From an uncultured Flavobacteriales bacterium (GTDB lineage: Bacteria > Bacteroidota > Bacteroidia > Flavobacteriales_D > Crocinitomicaceae), in contig CAJXRM010000001.1 in the NCBI GenBank assembly GCA_913059205.1, forward strand, positions 22,636 through 86,635: 64,000 nt of DNA. Reading direction: 5' to 3'. Below, piece after piece: positions 43,885 to 54,164 of this stretch (positions are counted from its first letter, which is position 1; each line of letters begins with the position of its first letter). Under the pieces are notes generated by a model that saw only the letters and a list, made by a program, of their open reading frames with translations, searched no databases and was not told the DNA's origin. Both the position numbers and the translations under genes were made by a program.

Positions 43885-44424
43885 ATGCGAATAGTTTTTT
43901 CTTTTGTATTGTCATTCGTCCTATTTTCGAGCTGTGCTCAAAAGAAGCTTCAAGATATTGTTAAGGAATTAAAACCGCCTAAATCTGAATTAAAAGTGGT
44001 AATAGATAAGTCGGATTATACTCTATCTGTTTATCATAAAGACAAGCACTTAATTACTTATCCATGTGTGTTTGGGTTTAACGCTGTTGACGATAAAAGT
44101 CGCGAAGGAGATGGTTGTACACCTGAAGGGACGTTTAAAATTCGAAGCATGTATGCACACAAAAGTTGGTCCTATTTTATCTGGATTGATTATCCAAATG
44201 CCACATCTTGGGAACGTTTTAGAAAGCGAAAGGCAGAGGGAAAAATTCCTTCAAATGCAACAATTGGAGGAGAAGTTGGTATTCATGGAGTTCCAGATGG
44301 CAGAGATGATTTAATAGATTCTAAAACCAACTGGACGCTTGGTTGTATTTCACTTAAAACAAGCGATATAACAGACCTGTATAAGTCTATCGGCAATACA
44401 AGTGTGTTGATTATAAAGCCTTAA
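43885..44424 (+). CDS. L,D-transpeptidase (YkuD) family lipoprotein
   Basis: Start taken at MRIVFSFVLSFVLFSSCAQ. The catalytic block is GIHGVPDG...NWTLGCISL (His ... Gly-Cys). Confidence 0.65.
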   Translation: MRIVFSFVLSFVLFSSCAQKKLQDIVKELKPPKSELKVVIDKSDYTLSVYHKDKHLITYPCVFGFNAVDDKSREGDGCTPEGTFKIRSMYAHKSWSYFIWIDYPNATSWERFRKRKAEGKIPSNATIGGEVGIHGVPDGRDDLIDSKTNWTLGCISLKTSDITDLYKSIGNTSVLIIKP

Positions 44425-44822
44425 GCAGTTTTGTACTCGTGCACAACAGTTGCGCCAACATTATTGATAATTCGTAGTTTCATTGAATCTTTTTCCAACT
44501 TAATTATTTCATAGGAATCAACTGAACCATCTCCATTTGTCACAAGAACATGTGTTTTGTTTGAGTCAAAGGCCCATATTGCATTTGAAGAAGTTACAAC
44601 TCCGTTTACTTCTCCATACACTGTAAATGTGTTATTTGAATGGATGTCAACACCGGTAATTAACTTAAGACCTGTAATGTCAAAACCGTTCGCAGTCATT
44701 GTTACCATCGTCCAATTATTTATTAACCTTGATCTTTTACTAGCAAATGAAGGAGAACCTTCTTCATATTTACTGCAAGACCCAAAACTCAATATAATAA
44801 AGGCAAATAATAAAATTCTCAT
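44421..44822 (-). CDS. small lipoprotein, lipocalin-like
   Basis: Lipobox ILSFGSCS; 133 aa, beta-rich (NWTMVTMTANG...SYEIIKLEKDSMKL). Confidence 0.4.
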   Translation of the reverse strand: MRILLFAFIILSFGSCSKYEEGSPSFASKRSRLINNWTMVTMTANGFDITGLKLITGVDIHSNNTFTVYGEVNGVVTSSNAIWAFDSNKTHVLVTNGDGSVDSYEIIKLEKDSMKLRIINNVGATVVHEYKTA

Positions 44823-44943
44823 AACTGTTGATTTTTAGTTGATAACGTAAAAATAAGGTATTTTATTAAATAGTGAATTTTTCATCCAAATATAGTTGTG
44901 TCAATTCAATGATGAATCAATCTTGATTTTTGTAGAATAAAAT

Positions 44944-44951
44944 TATCTTTG
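44944..44951 (+). promoter_or_regulatory. Bacteroidetes-type -7 promoter box (TATCTTTG)
   Basis: Matches TAnnTTTG and lies 37 nt upstream of the ATG at 44988. Confidence 0.35.
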
Positions 44952-44987
44952 TCTATCATCTTTTTTTGAAGGTAAAATTGCGATACA

Positions 44988-46529
44988 ATGGACAAGAATC
45001 AAGAATTAGTAAATAGAAGAAAAGCGTCACATCTTGGTGGTGGGGAACAGCGAATTGCGCGTCAGCATGAACAAGGTAAGCTAACAGCGAGAGAACGTGT
45101 AATACTTTTATTGGATGAAGGTTCATTTCAAGAAATTGGACAATTTGTTGAACACAGAGCAACCTCTTTTGGTTTAGATAAGAATAAAATTCCGGGAGAT
45201 GGAGTTGTTACTGGTTTTGGTACGATTCACGGTCGTTTAATTTATGTTTTTTCACAAGATTTTACCGTTTTGGGAGGATCTCTTTCAGAAACACATGCTG
45301 CAAAAATTTGCCGCGTGATGGATTTGGCAGTGAAGAATGGTGCGCCAATCATCGGATTAAACGATTCTGGTGGAGCACGTATCCAAGAAGGCGTTGTTTC
45401 GTTGGCTGGTTATGCAGATATTTTTTACAGAAATACACGTGCATCAGGAGTTATTCCTCAATTGAGTGTAATTATGGGGCCGTGTGCTGGTGGTGCTGTA
45501 TATTCTCCAGCTTTGACGGATTTTGTTATGATGGTTGAAGACACATCATATATGTTTGTAACAGGACCAAATGTTGTTAAAACAGTAACTCACGAAGAAG
45601 TTTCATCGGAAGATTTAGGAGGAGCGAAAGCACATGCTGAAAAATCGGGTGTAAACCATTTTACTGCTTCGAATGACGTGGAAGCATTGAAAAAAGTGCG
45701 AGATCTAATTACATACATGCCTCAAAACGCAAATGAATTGGCACCGAATCCAACAAAATTTGAGTTTACCAATTCTAAATTATCAACGATTAATGATGTT
45801 TTGCCAGAAAACAGTACGTTGCCTTACGATATTCGAAAAGTTGTTGAGTGCGTAATTGATGATAACAGCTTTAGAGAAGTTCACGAAGATTTTGCGAAAA
45901 ACATCGTTGTTGGATTTGCTCGAATAGAGGGTAAAACCATTGGAGTAGTTGCAAACCAACCGGCTGCAATGGCTGGAGTATTAGACATCGACTCTTCTCG
46001 AAAAGGTGCTCGTTTTGTACGTTTTTGTGATTCATTCAATATTCCATTGTTGGTATTTGAAGATGTTCCTGGATTTTTACCTGGTACTGATCAAGAATGG
46101 AGAGGAATTATCACGCACGGAGCAAAACTGTTATATGCTTTCTGTGAAGCGACTGTTCCAAGAATTACGGTAATTACGCGTAAAGCCTACGGTGGAGCAT
46201 TCGACGTAATGAACTCAAAAAGTATTGGTGCAGATTTGAACTTTGCTTGGCCTACGGCAGAAATTGCGGTGATGGGAGCAAAAGGAGCGGCAGAAATTAT
46301 TTTCAAAAGAGAAATTAATGAAGCGGCAGATCCACAAGCTAAATGGTTAGAAAAGGAAGCTGAATACGCTGAAATGTTTGCTAATCCTTATCGTGCAGCT
46401 GAACGAGGAATTGTAGACGATGTTATTCTTCCTTCTGAAACACGCGCTAAAGTAATTGCTGGATTCAAAATGTTGGAAAATAAAGCTGAAACGCTTCCGT
46501 ATAAAAAACACGGGAATATTCCATTGTAG
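44988..46529 (+). CDS. acyl-CoA carboxylase carboxyltransferase (beta) subunit, propionyl-/methylmalonyl-CoA type
   Basis: 513 aa; [35 protein letters not shown] and [11 protein letters not shown] blocks. Confidence 0.85.
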   Translation: MDKNQELVNRRKASHLGGGEQRIARQHEQGKLTARERVILLLDEGSFQEIGQFVEHRATSFGLDKNKIPGDGVVTGFGTIHGRLIYVFSQDFTVLGGSLSETHAAKICRVMDLAVKNGAPIIGLNDSGGARIQEGVVSLAGYADIFYRNTRASGVIPQLSVIMGPCAGGAVYSPALTDFVMMVEDTSYMFVTGPNVVKTVTHEEVSSEDLGGAKAHAEKSGVNHFTASNDVEALKKVRDLITYMPQNANELAPNPTKFEFTNSKLSTINDVLPENSTLPYDIRKVVECVIDDNSFREVHEDFAKNIVVGFARIEGKTIGVVANQPAAMAGVLDIDSSRKGARFVRFCDSFNIPLLVFEDVPGFLPGTDQEWRGIITHGAKLLYAFCEATVPRITVITRKAYGGAFDVMNSKSIGADLNFAWPTAEIAVMGAKGAAEIIFKREINEAADPQAKWLEKEAEYAEMFANPYRAAERGIVDDVILPSETRAKVIAGFKMLENKAETLPYKKHGNIPL

Positions 46530-46533
46530 TGTT

Positions 46534-47451
46534 TTACTTTTTTGATTGAATGAAATCAGAAAAGTTATGCGCTAAATCGACATTGAGTTCTTTTAACACT
46601 CTAGAATTGTCAAGCGTTGATGGTTGCGATATATAATCAATAGATTGTTGACTAAATGAAATTGGAATTTTTAGTAACTGACACAAAAAGACAATACTTC
46701 GGACCAAGCGTATAGGTAGCTCCACAAACTGAATATTCTTTGATTTTAATTGACCAATTTCTGTGAATACTTCTCGCAATTCATAATTAATCCGGTCGCA
46801 TACATTGTAAACATGTACACCTTTTTTAGAATTGTTTACGATCAATTGAACTACTTCAGCTAAATTGTTCACATTCGTCAAAGAGCTTTTTACACGCAAA
46901 TTTCCTGGGACCGTGAATTTTCCATTTTTGAACCCCTTGGCTATTTTTGGGAAAAGCGTTTGATCAAAATCACCATAAACGGCTCTTGGTCGAAGAATAT
47001 ACGATGAAGTAAAACTGGATTCTTGAACAACTTTTTCCGCCAATAGTTTGCTTCGACCATAAGTTGAGAGTGCGTTATTTAAAGATGCGTTTTCTTCTTT
47101 GGCCAAAGGATTCTTTTTAAAATCGTACACGGATGCAGATGACACAAAAATGAACAAATCACAACCTTTCAATCTGCGAATTAAGTTTTCTGTAGCGATT
47201 ACATTTTGCAGAATCAGGTCTTTATTCGTTGACTTGTCATCGGCCAATCCTGCACAATGTATACAAATATCAAATTCTAAATCTGAGAATGAATTATTAA
47301 GATCCATCTGAAAGTATTCGATGGTGTCATTTAAATTTTTCGGCCTTGCTTTACGTCCCGTGGCAAAAACCTTGAATTTTTCATTTTCACTCAACTTTCT
47401 CGATATCGTGCCTCCAATAAAACCGCTACCTCCTGTTACTAGTATTTTCAT
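46534..47451 (-). CDS. extended short-chain dehydrogenase/reductase (NAD-dependent epimerase/dehydratase, 3beta-HSD-like)
   Basis: MKILVTGGSGFIGG Rossmann motif and YGRSK (YxxxK) catalytic motif. Its ATG overlaps the upstream stop (ATGA). Confidence 0.75.
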   Translation of the reverse strand: MKILVTGGSGFIGGTISRKLSENEKFKVFATGRKARPKNLNDTIEYFQMDLNNSFSDLEFDICIHCAGLADDKSTNKDLILQNVIATENLIRRLKGCDLFIFVSSASVYDFKKNPLAKEENASLNNALSTYGRSKLLAEKVVQESSFTSSYILRPRAVYGDFDQTLFPKIAKGFKNGKFTVPGNLRVKSSLTNVNNLAEVVQLIVNNSKKGVHVYNVCDRINYELREVFTEIGQLKSKNIQFVELPIRLVRSIVFLCQLLKIPISFSQQSIDYISQPSTLDNSRVLKELNVDLAHNFSDFIQSKK

Positions 47452-48977
47452 TTATGGAATTCTTTTTCAAGTTCAATTCTAATTTTTTTCCGATCGATTT
47501 TATTTTGCCTCCCTAATCGAAGTAATTTTTGAAAAATGATTTTATCTGGTATGGCCTCTTTATCAATGGAATACATGCCAAATAACAATAACTTTTTTAA
47601 GTCATTTTCGTTGATTTTATTGTCCGATTCAACGATTAGATAAACAGTTTCATCTGCAGTTTTTTTATCATAAACACCTATTAACGCAGCTTCTACAATT
47701 CCTGGAATTTTATTAATAGTAGGCTCATATAATCCTGGATATATATTAAAATTTCTACGAATTAGCATGTCTTTTTTTCTTCCAATTAATAATAGTCTAC
47801 CTTCCTTATCAAGTTCGCCTAGATCACCGGATAAGTGAACCTCATGATTGTATTTTTCATGCCAGTATCGCGCAAATTTTTGTGCAGATTTAATACCAAC
47901 TTCTCCTCCCAGATTAATGGATAATGTTACCCCAGAAAATGGTCGCCCTACCAAATCTCCAATTCCTTTATAGTTTATTTTTTCATGCCCATCTTGTATA
48001 CAAACCATTAAATTCTCAGTCATACCATAGAGACAAGTTAATTTCACAGAATTACAAACGTCATCTATTTTTTGTAGGAAGGATTGATAGACAGGCGCTG
48101 AACCGAAATAGAATTGGTTGATACAATCTGGAAATTTAAGCGATTGACTTTTTAATTGATTTATCATTGGAATAAAATCACTTGGCGGTCCAAAAATGGT
48201 GGTAATTGAATTGGCTTTGATAAATTTTAATTTTTCGTTTGGTGAAAGTTCATTGTTCCAGATAAATACTACTTTCCCTGCGTTTATACCCAAGAGCATG
48301 AAATGAGGAAGGTGAGTTGCGATTCGGTCATTTTCTCCTTCATTTAACATCTTTGTCAATAAGTGCATAGTTTCACCTAGACTTTCATAGGTATGAACCA
48401 CTCCTTTTGGTTCATTTAGTGTGCCACTTGTGTAGGTAACTAAAAAATCTTCGGATGGATTAATATCATTAAAATTGGGGGTCAACTTAGTTTTAAATGC
48501 GTGTGTTTTTAGATGCTTGTGCTTTTTAAAAATTGGGAGACGTCTCCCCAAAGTGAATAACTTACACCCTTCAGCTTTTGGTAGAAATGGTAATGTTGGT
48601 CGCAGCTTTTGAAGAAGGTAACGTAGAACAGGATGCTCATTAATTAAAGCCAATCGACTATCAACAAAAGCATGTTGGGGCTTGAATTGTTTAAATTTTG
48701 CGTTGTAGTTTTCTCTTCCCATTTCAGGGTCTATTATGGAAATAATGGTCCCAAGAAGCATATTCGCATACATAATTATTAAAAATTGAGAACCTGGATG
48801 AAGAATTATAACTGTACGGTCACCTTTTTTAACGCCATTTTTTAATAATTCATTTGCAATGGAAATGCTACTATTTAATAATTCTCCAGCTGTTATTGCT
48901 TTACCGTTTTCAACAAGCAGCACCTTGTCATGTTCCCAAGACTTGAGCGTTTCTATAAATACATTCGAAAACATCAT
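47448..48977 (-). CDS. ANL-superfamily adenylating enzyme (AMP-dependent synthetase/ligase)
   Basis: TYTSGTLNEPKGVVHTY, LYGMTEN and SGDLGELDKEGRLLLIGRKKDMLI core motifs; 509 aa. Confidence 0.8.
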   Translation of the reverse strand: MMFSNVFIETLKSWEHDKVLLVENGKAITAGELLNSSISIANELLKNGVKKGDRTVIILHPGSQFLIIMYANMLLGTIISIIDPEMGRENYNAKFKQFKPQHAFVDSRLALINEHPVLRYLLQKLRPTLPFLPKAEGCKLFTLGRRLPIFKKHKHLKTHAFKTKLTPNFNDINPSEDFLVTYTSGTLNEPKGVVHTYESLGETMHLLTKMLNEGENDRIATHLPHFMLLGINAGKVVFIWNNELSPNEKLKFIKANSITTIFGPPSDFIPMINQLKSQSLKFPDCINQFYFGSAPVYQSFLQKIDDVCNSVKLTCLYGMTENLMVCIQDGHEKINYKGIGDLVGRPFSGVTLSINLGGEVGIKSAQKFARYWHEKYNHEVHLSGDLGELDKEGRLLLIGRKKDMLIRRNFNIYPGLYEPTINKIPGIVEAALIGVYDKKTADETVYLIVESDNKINENDLKKLLLFGMYSIDKEAIPDKIIFQKLLRLGRQNKIDRKKIRIELEKEFHK

Positions 48978-48978
48978 A

Positions 48979-49968
48979 TTACCAAGTGATTAATTGAACT
49001 GAAACACTGATTCCTGCAGCTAATCCTACGATCATTAACTTGTCCTTTTTCTTCAACTTTTGGTGCTTTATGGCATAATCGATTGCTAATGGAATGGAAG
49101 CCGCAGCTGTATTTCCATATTGCTCAAAGACATTGATACATTTTTCGGTTGGAACACCAAGCACATTTGCTGTAAAATCGACCATTTCTTTCGAAACTTG
49201 ATGGGTAATTAGGCAGTCAATATCTTCGATCTTCCATGGGCTTTTTTCAATTTCTTCAATAATGAATGGCAAAGCGTTATCAAAAAACATTTCACTTAAT
49301 CCTGCGGTATTTCCTTCAAAATAGTAACTCTCAGGGTTTCTGAAAGATCGAGACCCGCCACCAGCAACTGTGCATAACTCCCAGAATTCACCCCAGGAAT
49401 TAGAACTCTGAAATTCGATTAAGCTGCCATTTTTCGATGAAATTAACACTGCTGTACCGGCATCTCCCAAACTGTAACCAGCAAGGCAACGTTTTAAATG
49501 TTCTTTGTCTTTTGGGTTAAAATTTATGACTTCACTCAATTTTTCGCCGTTTACAATTAAAACGTTGTTGTACATTCCTGAGGAGATATACGCGCTTGCC
49601 GCTTGAATGGCAGCGGTTACACTGTTACATGCATTTTTAATGTCCATAACTGGACATGTGATTCCAAGCTTTTGTTGTACAATGTTGGAAGTTGCTGGCT
49701 CTATCATATCTGATGAAGCAGCGGCAAAAATCAGAAGGTCAATTTTCTCATCAATTCTATCTATAATAATTTTTCCAGCTTCTGCCGCTAGGTCACTAAC
49801 CTGCATTGATTTTTCGGCAATGTGTCTGTTTTTTGAACCAAATAACTTATGTAATGTTCCTTCTTGCAGATGAGATCCGTTAACTCTTATTTGACTTTCA
49901 ATGTCTTTATCAGAAAGAATTTTTTCTGGAAGGTAGACAGCTAAATCTTTAATATATGCCTTTATCAT
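48979..49968 (-). CDS. KAS III-type (FabH/OleA-like) thiolase-fold condensing enzyme
   Basis: Start taken at MIKAYIKDL (ATG 49968, an ATGA overlap with the upstream stop). Cys-His-Asn candidates lie in IKNACNSV, LITHQVS and YGNTAAASIP. Confidence 0.75.
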   Translation of the reverse strand: MIKAYIKDLAVYLPEKILSDKDIESQIRVNGSHLQEGTLHKLFGSKNRHIAEKSMQVSDLAAEAGKIIIDRIDEKIDLLIFAAASSDMIEPATSNIVQQKLGITCPVMDIKNACNSVTAAIQAASAYISSGMYNNVLIVNGEKLSEVINFNPKDKEHLKRCLAGYSLGDAGTAVLISSKNGSLIEFQSSNSWGEFWELCTVAGGGSRSFRNPESYYFEGNTAGLSEMFFDNALPFIIEEIEKSPWKIEDIDCLITHQVSKEMVDFTANVLGVPTEKCINVFEQYGNTAAASIPLAIDYAIKHQKLKKKDKLMIVGLAAGISVSVQLITW

Positions 49969-50870
49969 ACTGATGCCTTTAAAATTTTTCTCCAAAGCGG
50001 CTTCGTTATCCAATTGAAACCGTTAAACGAATTGACAAATTCAATTGAAGCCTTAAGTGAGTTTTCCGCAAACTTTCCACGATAATGTTTAATTGCTGCC
50101 TTATAATATTTGTTAGGATTTTCGACGCCAATTTTTTGAAAAAATTCCTTTTTAACGTACAATGTTCGCATAAAATAGATGTTTAACATCACTACAATGC
50201 TGTATTGTGTTGCTCGAAAAAATCCAGCCTTTGCAGTAAATTTTTTCAGCCATGACTCGGTATAAAAAATATGTCTTCCTTCTTCTATATAATGAAGTTC
50301 AGAAGATTTACGCATAACCGAGAATACCTTTTCATCTTTGCGAATGTGTTTAGCATAAATGTCAGCCATCAACTCAATCGATAATACAGACATAAAAACA
50401 AGAGATGGTCTTAACCGCTTTACAGTTAAATTTCCGAAAAACTTATGTAGACGCGTAGGCATTATTGGAATCCGGTCTAATTTTTTAATGGCCATCCCAA
50501 ACATTTCTTGATGACGATACTCCTCAATTAATTCACGGATTAAAAAACGATACTCGGAACTATCTGGGTTTAGTTTTAGTAAGTGTCTGTTAAAAAAATG
50601 GCATGCCAATGTCTCTGACCAAGCATAAGAATACATAACTTGAACAACTTCTAATCGGCCTAGCTCTATTTGTTGTTCTTTAGTCAAAGTATCCCACAAT
50701 GGATGTCCAGCAAGTGACACTAATTTTTCAGGCATGAATAATGTGTCTTGATTTGGTTCATCGTCCCAAGGAACGTATGTTTCTGGCAGAAGAGGTTTTT
50801 CTTTACTAATCCGAATCATTCGCTCCACTTGAGCTTCGAATTCATCAGAATTGGTTTCCATTCGTTTCAT
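49965..50870 (-). CDS. ferritin-like diiron oxygenase (AurF-like family)
   Basis: All-helical 301-aa protein with two ExxH motifs (IEEYRHQ and IEEGRHI) plus further conserved Glu/His (SETLACH, SIELMADIYAKH). Confidence 0.6.
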   Translation of the reverse strand: MKRMETNSDEFEAQVERMIRISKEKPLLPETYVPWDDEPNQDTLFMPEKLVSLAGHPLWDTLTKEQQIELGRLEVVQVMYSYAWSETLACHFFNRHLLKLNPDSSEYRFLIRELIEEYRHQEMFGMAIKKLDRIPIMPTRLHKFFGNLTVKRLRPSLVFMSVLSIELMADIYAKHIRKDEKVFSVMRKSSELHYIEEGRHIFYTESWLKKFTAKAGFFRATQYSIVVMLNIYFMRTLYVKKEFFQKIGVENPNKYYKAAIKHYRGKFAENSLKASIEFVNSFNGFNWITKPLWRKILKASV

Positions 50871-50891
50871 ATTCTGTTACATTTTATAGGA

Positions 50892-50899
50892 CAAATTTA
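50892..50899 (-). promoter_or_regulatory. Bacteroidetes-type -7 promoter box (TAAATTTG on minus strand)
   Basis: Matches TAnnTTTG and lies 22 nt upstream of the diiron oxygenase ATG (50870). Confidence 0.4.
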
Positions 50900-50950
50900 G
50901 ATGTAGTCTTACCATATTTATTACTGAATCACACACGTGAAATTTTGCGA

Positions 50951-50967
50951 GTTGCGATTTTCGCAAC
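50951..50967. promoter_or_regulatory. inverted repeat GTTGCGA-TTT-TCGCAAC in a divergent promoter region
   Basis: Perfect 7-bp arms, preceded by another TTGCGA copy (50945-50950). It sits between the divergently transcribed biosynthetic operon and aspS. Confidence 0.3.
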
Positions 50968-51051
50968 AGCGACAATAAGTAGGCAAGGTATAATATGGAG
51001 TTTTACCATGTAATGAGCTGTCTTTTGTCTTGCAGACTTGACTCTAATGTC

Positions 51052-51059
51052 TATCTTTG
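51052..51059 (+). promoter_or_regulatory. Bacteroidetes-type -7 promoter box (TATCTTTG)
   Basis: Matches TAnnTTTG and lies 21 nt upstream of the aspS ATG. Confidence 0.4.
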
Positions 51060-51079
51060 CAACCGATTAATTTTATCTC

Positions 51080-52828
51080 ATGTACAGATCACATACTTGT
51101 GGCGAATTACGCCCAGAACACATTGGAAATAAAGTAACCTTAGCAGGTTGGGTACAAAAGTCACGCGATTTAGGTGGAATGACCTTTATGGATTTGCGCG
51201 ATCGTTATGGTATTACTCAGCTGGCTTTCAATGTGGATGAAAATGCTGAATTGACTGCTCAGGCAAGAAAGTGTGGACGTGAGTTTGTGATTCAAATTGA
51301 AGGTGAAGTAATAGAGCGTTCTAGCAAAAACAAGAACATTGCAACAGGAGAAATTGAAATTAAAGTAACTCATTTGACTGTTCTAAATAGTTCGCTTACT
51401 CCCCCATTTACTATCGAAGACGATACAGATGGCGGAGAAGAGTTACGTGCGAAATACCGCTATTTGGACTTAAGAAGAAATCCTGTTCAAGAGAAATTGA
51501 GATTGAGAAACCGTGTGGCTTTGGAAACACGGAAGTATTTGGATACCCAAGAGTTTTTAGATGTTGAAACTCCAGTTTTGATTAAATCTACACCAGAAGG
51601 AGCAAGAGATTTTGTTGTTCCAAGTCGAATGAACGAAGGGCAGTTTTATGCATTACCTCAATCGCCTCAAACATTTAAACAATTGTTGATGGTATCTGGT
51701 TTTGATCGTTACTATCAAATTGTTAAGTGCTTCAGAGATGAAGATTTGCGTGCCGATAGACAACCGGAGTTTACACAAATCGATTGCGAAATGGCATTTG
51801 TGGAACAAGAAGACATTTTAAATATGTTCGAAGGATTAATTAAACATTTGTTTAAATCTGTTCGAAATGTGGATCTGGACGAAAAATTCCCTCGAATGAC
51901 GTATGCTGAAGCGATGGAACGTTATGGTTCTGATAAACCAGACATTCGTTTTGGAATGGAATTCATTGATTTAACGTCGTTGGCGCAAGGAAAAAACTTC
52001 CCAATTTTCGATAACGCGGAAGCTGTTCTAGCAATTAACGCAGAGCAATGTGCAGCGTACACAAGAAAACAATTAGACGCATTGGTTGATTGGGTGAAAC
52101 GCCCACAAATTGGTGCGCTAGGAATGGTTTACGTCAAGTGTAATGAAGACGGTACGTTTAAATCAACCGTGGATAAATTTTATTCAGAAGCTGATTTGGC
52201 AGAATGGGCAAAAGCTGCAAACGCTAAACCGGGAGATTTAATCTTGGTATTGAGTGGCGGATTGGATAAAGTACGCAAGCAAATGAACGAGCTGCGTTTA
52301 CACATGGGGAATGAATTGGGACTGAGAAATCCAAATGTGTTCAAACCACTGTGGGTTGTTGATTTTCCGTTATTGGAATGGGACGAAGAATCCGGTCGAT
52401 ACCACGCTATGCATCATCCATTTACATCTCCAAAACCAGAGGATTTCGATTTAATTGATACGGAACCAGGAAAAGTGAGAGCAAATGCATATGATTTAGC
52501 AATGAACGGTGTTGAATTGGGTGGTGGATCTATTCGAATTCACGATAGAGCCTTGCAATCAAGAATATTCGATTTATTAGGATTCACAAAAGAAGAAGCA
52601 CAGGCTCAGTTTGGATTTTTAATGAGTGCGTTCGAATACGGTGCTCCTCCTCACGGTGGATTGGCATTCGGTTTAGACCGTTTAGTTGCAACAATGGGTG
52701 GATCAGAATCCATTCGTGATTACATCGCTTTCCCGAAGAACAACAGTGGAAGAGATGTCATGATTGATGCGCCTTCTCCCTTGAACGAAGAGCAAATGAA
52801 AGAATTGGGAATTAAATTATATAAATAA
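51080..52828 (+). CDS. aspS: aspartate--tRNA ligase
   Basis: [42 protein letters not shown] and GLDRLV motifs; 582 aa. Confidence 0.92.
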   Translation: MYRSHTCGELRPEHIGNKVTLAGWVQKSRDLGGMTFMDLRDRYGITQLAFNVDENAELTAQARKCGREFVIQIEGEVIERSSKNKNIATGEIEIKVTHLTVLNSSLTPPFTIEDDTDGGEELRAKYRYLDLRRNPVQEKLRLRNRVALETRKYLDTQEFLDVETPVLIKSTPEGARDFVVPSRMNEGQFYALPQSPQTFKQLLMVSGFDRYYQIVKCFRDEDLRADRQPEFTQIDCEMAFVEQEDILNMFEGLIKHLFKSVRNVDLDEKFPRMTYAEAMERYGSDKPDIRFGMEFIDLTSLAQGKNFPIFDNAEAVLAINAEQCAAYTRKQLDALVDWVKRPQIGALGMVYVKCNEDGTFKSTVDKFYSEADLAEWAKAANAKPGDLILVLSGGLDKVRKQMNELRLHMGNELGLRNPNVFKPLWVVDFPLLEWDEESGRYHAMHHPFTSPKPEDFDLIDTEPGKVRANAYDLAMNGVELGGGSIRIHDRALQSRIFDLLGFTKEEAQAQFGFLMSAFEYGAPPHGGLAFGLDRLVATMGGSESIRDYIAFPKNNSGRDVMIDAPSPLNEEQMKELGIKLYK

Positions 52829-52854
52829 ATTTCTGATACTTCAGACGGCATTTT

Positions 52855-53079
52855 ATGGAAAACATCAACGAATACATCGGCTATTTAGCCTCAGGAGTTT
52901 TACTTCTTTCATTTATGATGAAGAAAATGTCCACGTTGCGTATCATCAACACGATTGGTTGTGGTATTTTTATCCTTTATGGTTCACTAATTGGCTCTTT
53001 TCCAGTAATTATTACGAATGTGGCTATTTGTTTGATCAATCTTTATTATTTGCTAATTAAAGACAAGCTAAAGAGTTAA
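52855..53079 (+). CDS. small three-TM membrane protein (half-size YgjV/SemiSWEET-like)
   Basis: 74 aa with three hydrophobic helices. The family assignment is a weak guess. Confidence 0.3.
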   Translation: MENINEYIGYLASGVLLLSFMMKKMSTLRIINTIGCGIFILYGSLIGSFPVIITNVAICLINLYYLLIKDKLKS

Positions 53080-54041
53080 TTCATTTGCTCCAACTGTATT
53101 TTACGCTTCCTTAATCGAACCAAATAATTGTTCGCCAACTTATCACCGCACTCCAACGCGGCTTTTTCGGCGTAGAAAATTGCACTATCAACATCTCCCT
53201 GACCTTCCTTTACTAAGGCTAGATTAAACAGAACTCGGCCTCTGATTTTTTCTTTGTGATGGTCAATATCAAGAAGCAATTGTTTTTCAGCAATGTCCCA
53301 ATTTCCTTCTTTTATCATTGGACGAGCTCTTTTTAAGACATCGCTTCCCTTCGTGTAATAATCCCGGTCAACCCAAACCCAATTTGGATAAATTAGCTTT
53401 GCCATTCCATAGCCTAATTCATAACCAAGCGCTCGATAATACTCTTGTTTTCTTTTGACATCGTTGAGAATATCGATGATGGTAGTAGTACCACTTAATG
53501 GAATGTTGTAAAAACGTCTGATGCGCAATCGCTCTATTATTTCGTGCGTATTAGCAATGTAAATATTAGCATATAAATATCCTTCTAATCGAGTGGATGA
53601 TTGTCCCGTTGAACTTGCTAACAAACTTCCACCAACAGGAGAAATTGTTTGAACTTCAGTTAATTCTAGAATTCCTTGAAGGACTTGGGAGTTGCAAATA
53701 CTGTCAATTGCAGACCAATTTACGTTTCCATCGTAAGTTTTAATTTCTCCATTCGCCAAAGTCTTTCCAATTAAATTCGAGGACTTTCCAAGCCCTCTTA
53801 AAACTCCTTCGACTGCTCTTTCAGCTGCCACGGTGTTTCCATTAATGCTTTGAGATTGAAGCAACACTTCAATAATTTTTTCAGGACTATTCTCTTTATT
53901 AACATTGTTTAAAACTCCAATTGTCCGCACTTCTGAAGGAATTTTCACAATGGAAGGTTCTTTCACAGAAATACGAAATGACGTTTTACACGAAGCAAGA
54001 ATAAAAACACTTAATAAAACAATGGGAAACTTAAATTTCAT
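53076..54041 (-). CDS. lipoprotein with C-terminal TPR-like helical repeat
   Basis: Lipobox FILASCK. The C-terminus GNWDIAEKQLL...FNLALVKEGQGDVDSAIFYAEKAAL is TPR-like. Confidence 0.4.
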   Translation of the reverse strand: MKFKFPIVLLSVFILASCKTSFRISVKEPSIVKIPSEVRTIGVLNNVNKENSPEKIIEVLLQSQSINGNTVAAERAVEGVLRGLGKSSNLIGKTLANGEIKTYDGNVNWSAIDSICNSQVLQGILELTEVQTISPVGGSLLASSTGQSSTRLEGYLYANIYIANTHEIIERLRIRRFYNIPLSGTTTIIDILNDVKRKQEYYRALGYELGYGMAKLIYPNWVWVDRDYYTKGSDVLKRARPMIKEGNWDIAEKQLLLDIDHHKEKIRGRVLFNLALVKEGQGDVDSAIFYAEKAALECGDKLANNYLVRLRKRKIQLEQMN

Positions 54042-54138
54042 AGCTTTAGTTATATAGTTCTATGTCAATATATCAATTTCTGTGCTAAAAATCATTTTTT
54101 GAAGTCTGAAGGTTTGATTTTAAGAAAATACAAATCCT

Positions 54139-54146
54139 TATATTTG
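54139..54146 (+). promoter_or_regulatory. Bacteroidetes-type -7 promoter box (TATATTTG)
   Basis: Matches TAnnTTTG inside the 5' end of the track ORF and 19 nt before the internal ATG at 54165. Confidence 0.35.
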
Positions 54147-54164
54147 TTCAACAAACACCGTTTA

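Noticed and set aside
44988-46529. Acyl-CoA carboxyltransferase considered as part of the adjacent biosynthetic operon (extender-unit supply)
   Set aside because: It is transcribed convergently from its own TATCTTTG promoter and looks like the conserved housekeeping propionyl-/methylmalonyl-CoA carboxyltransferase. Adjacency alone is not evidence of a functional link.
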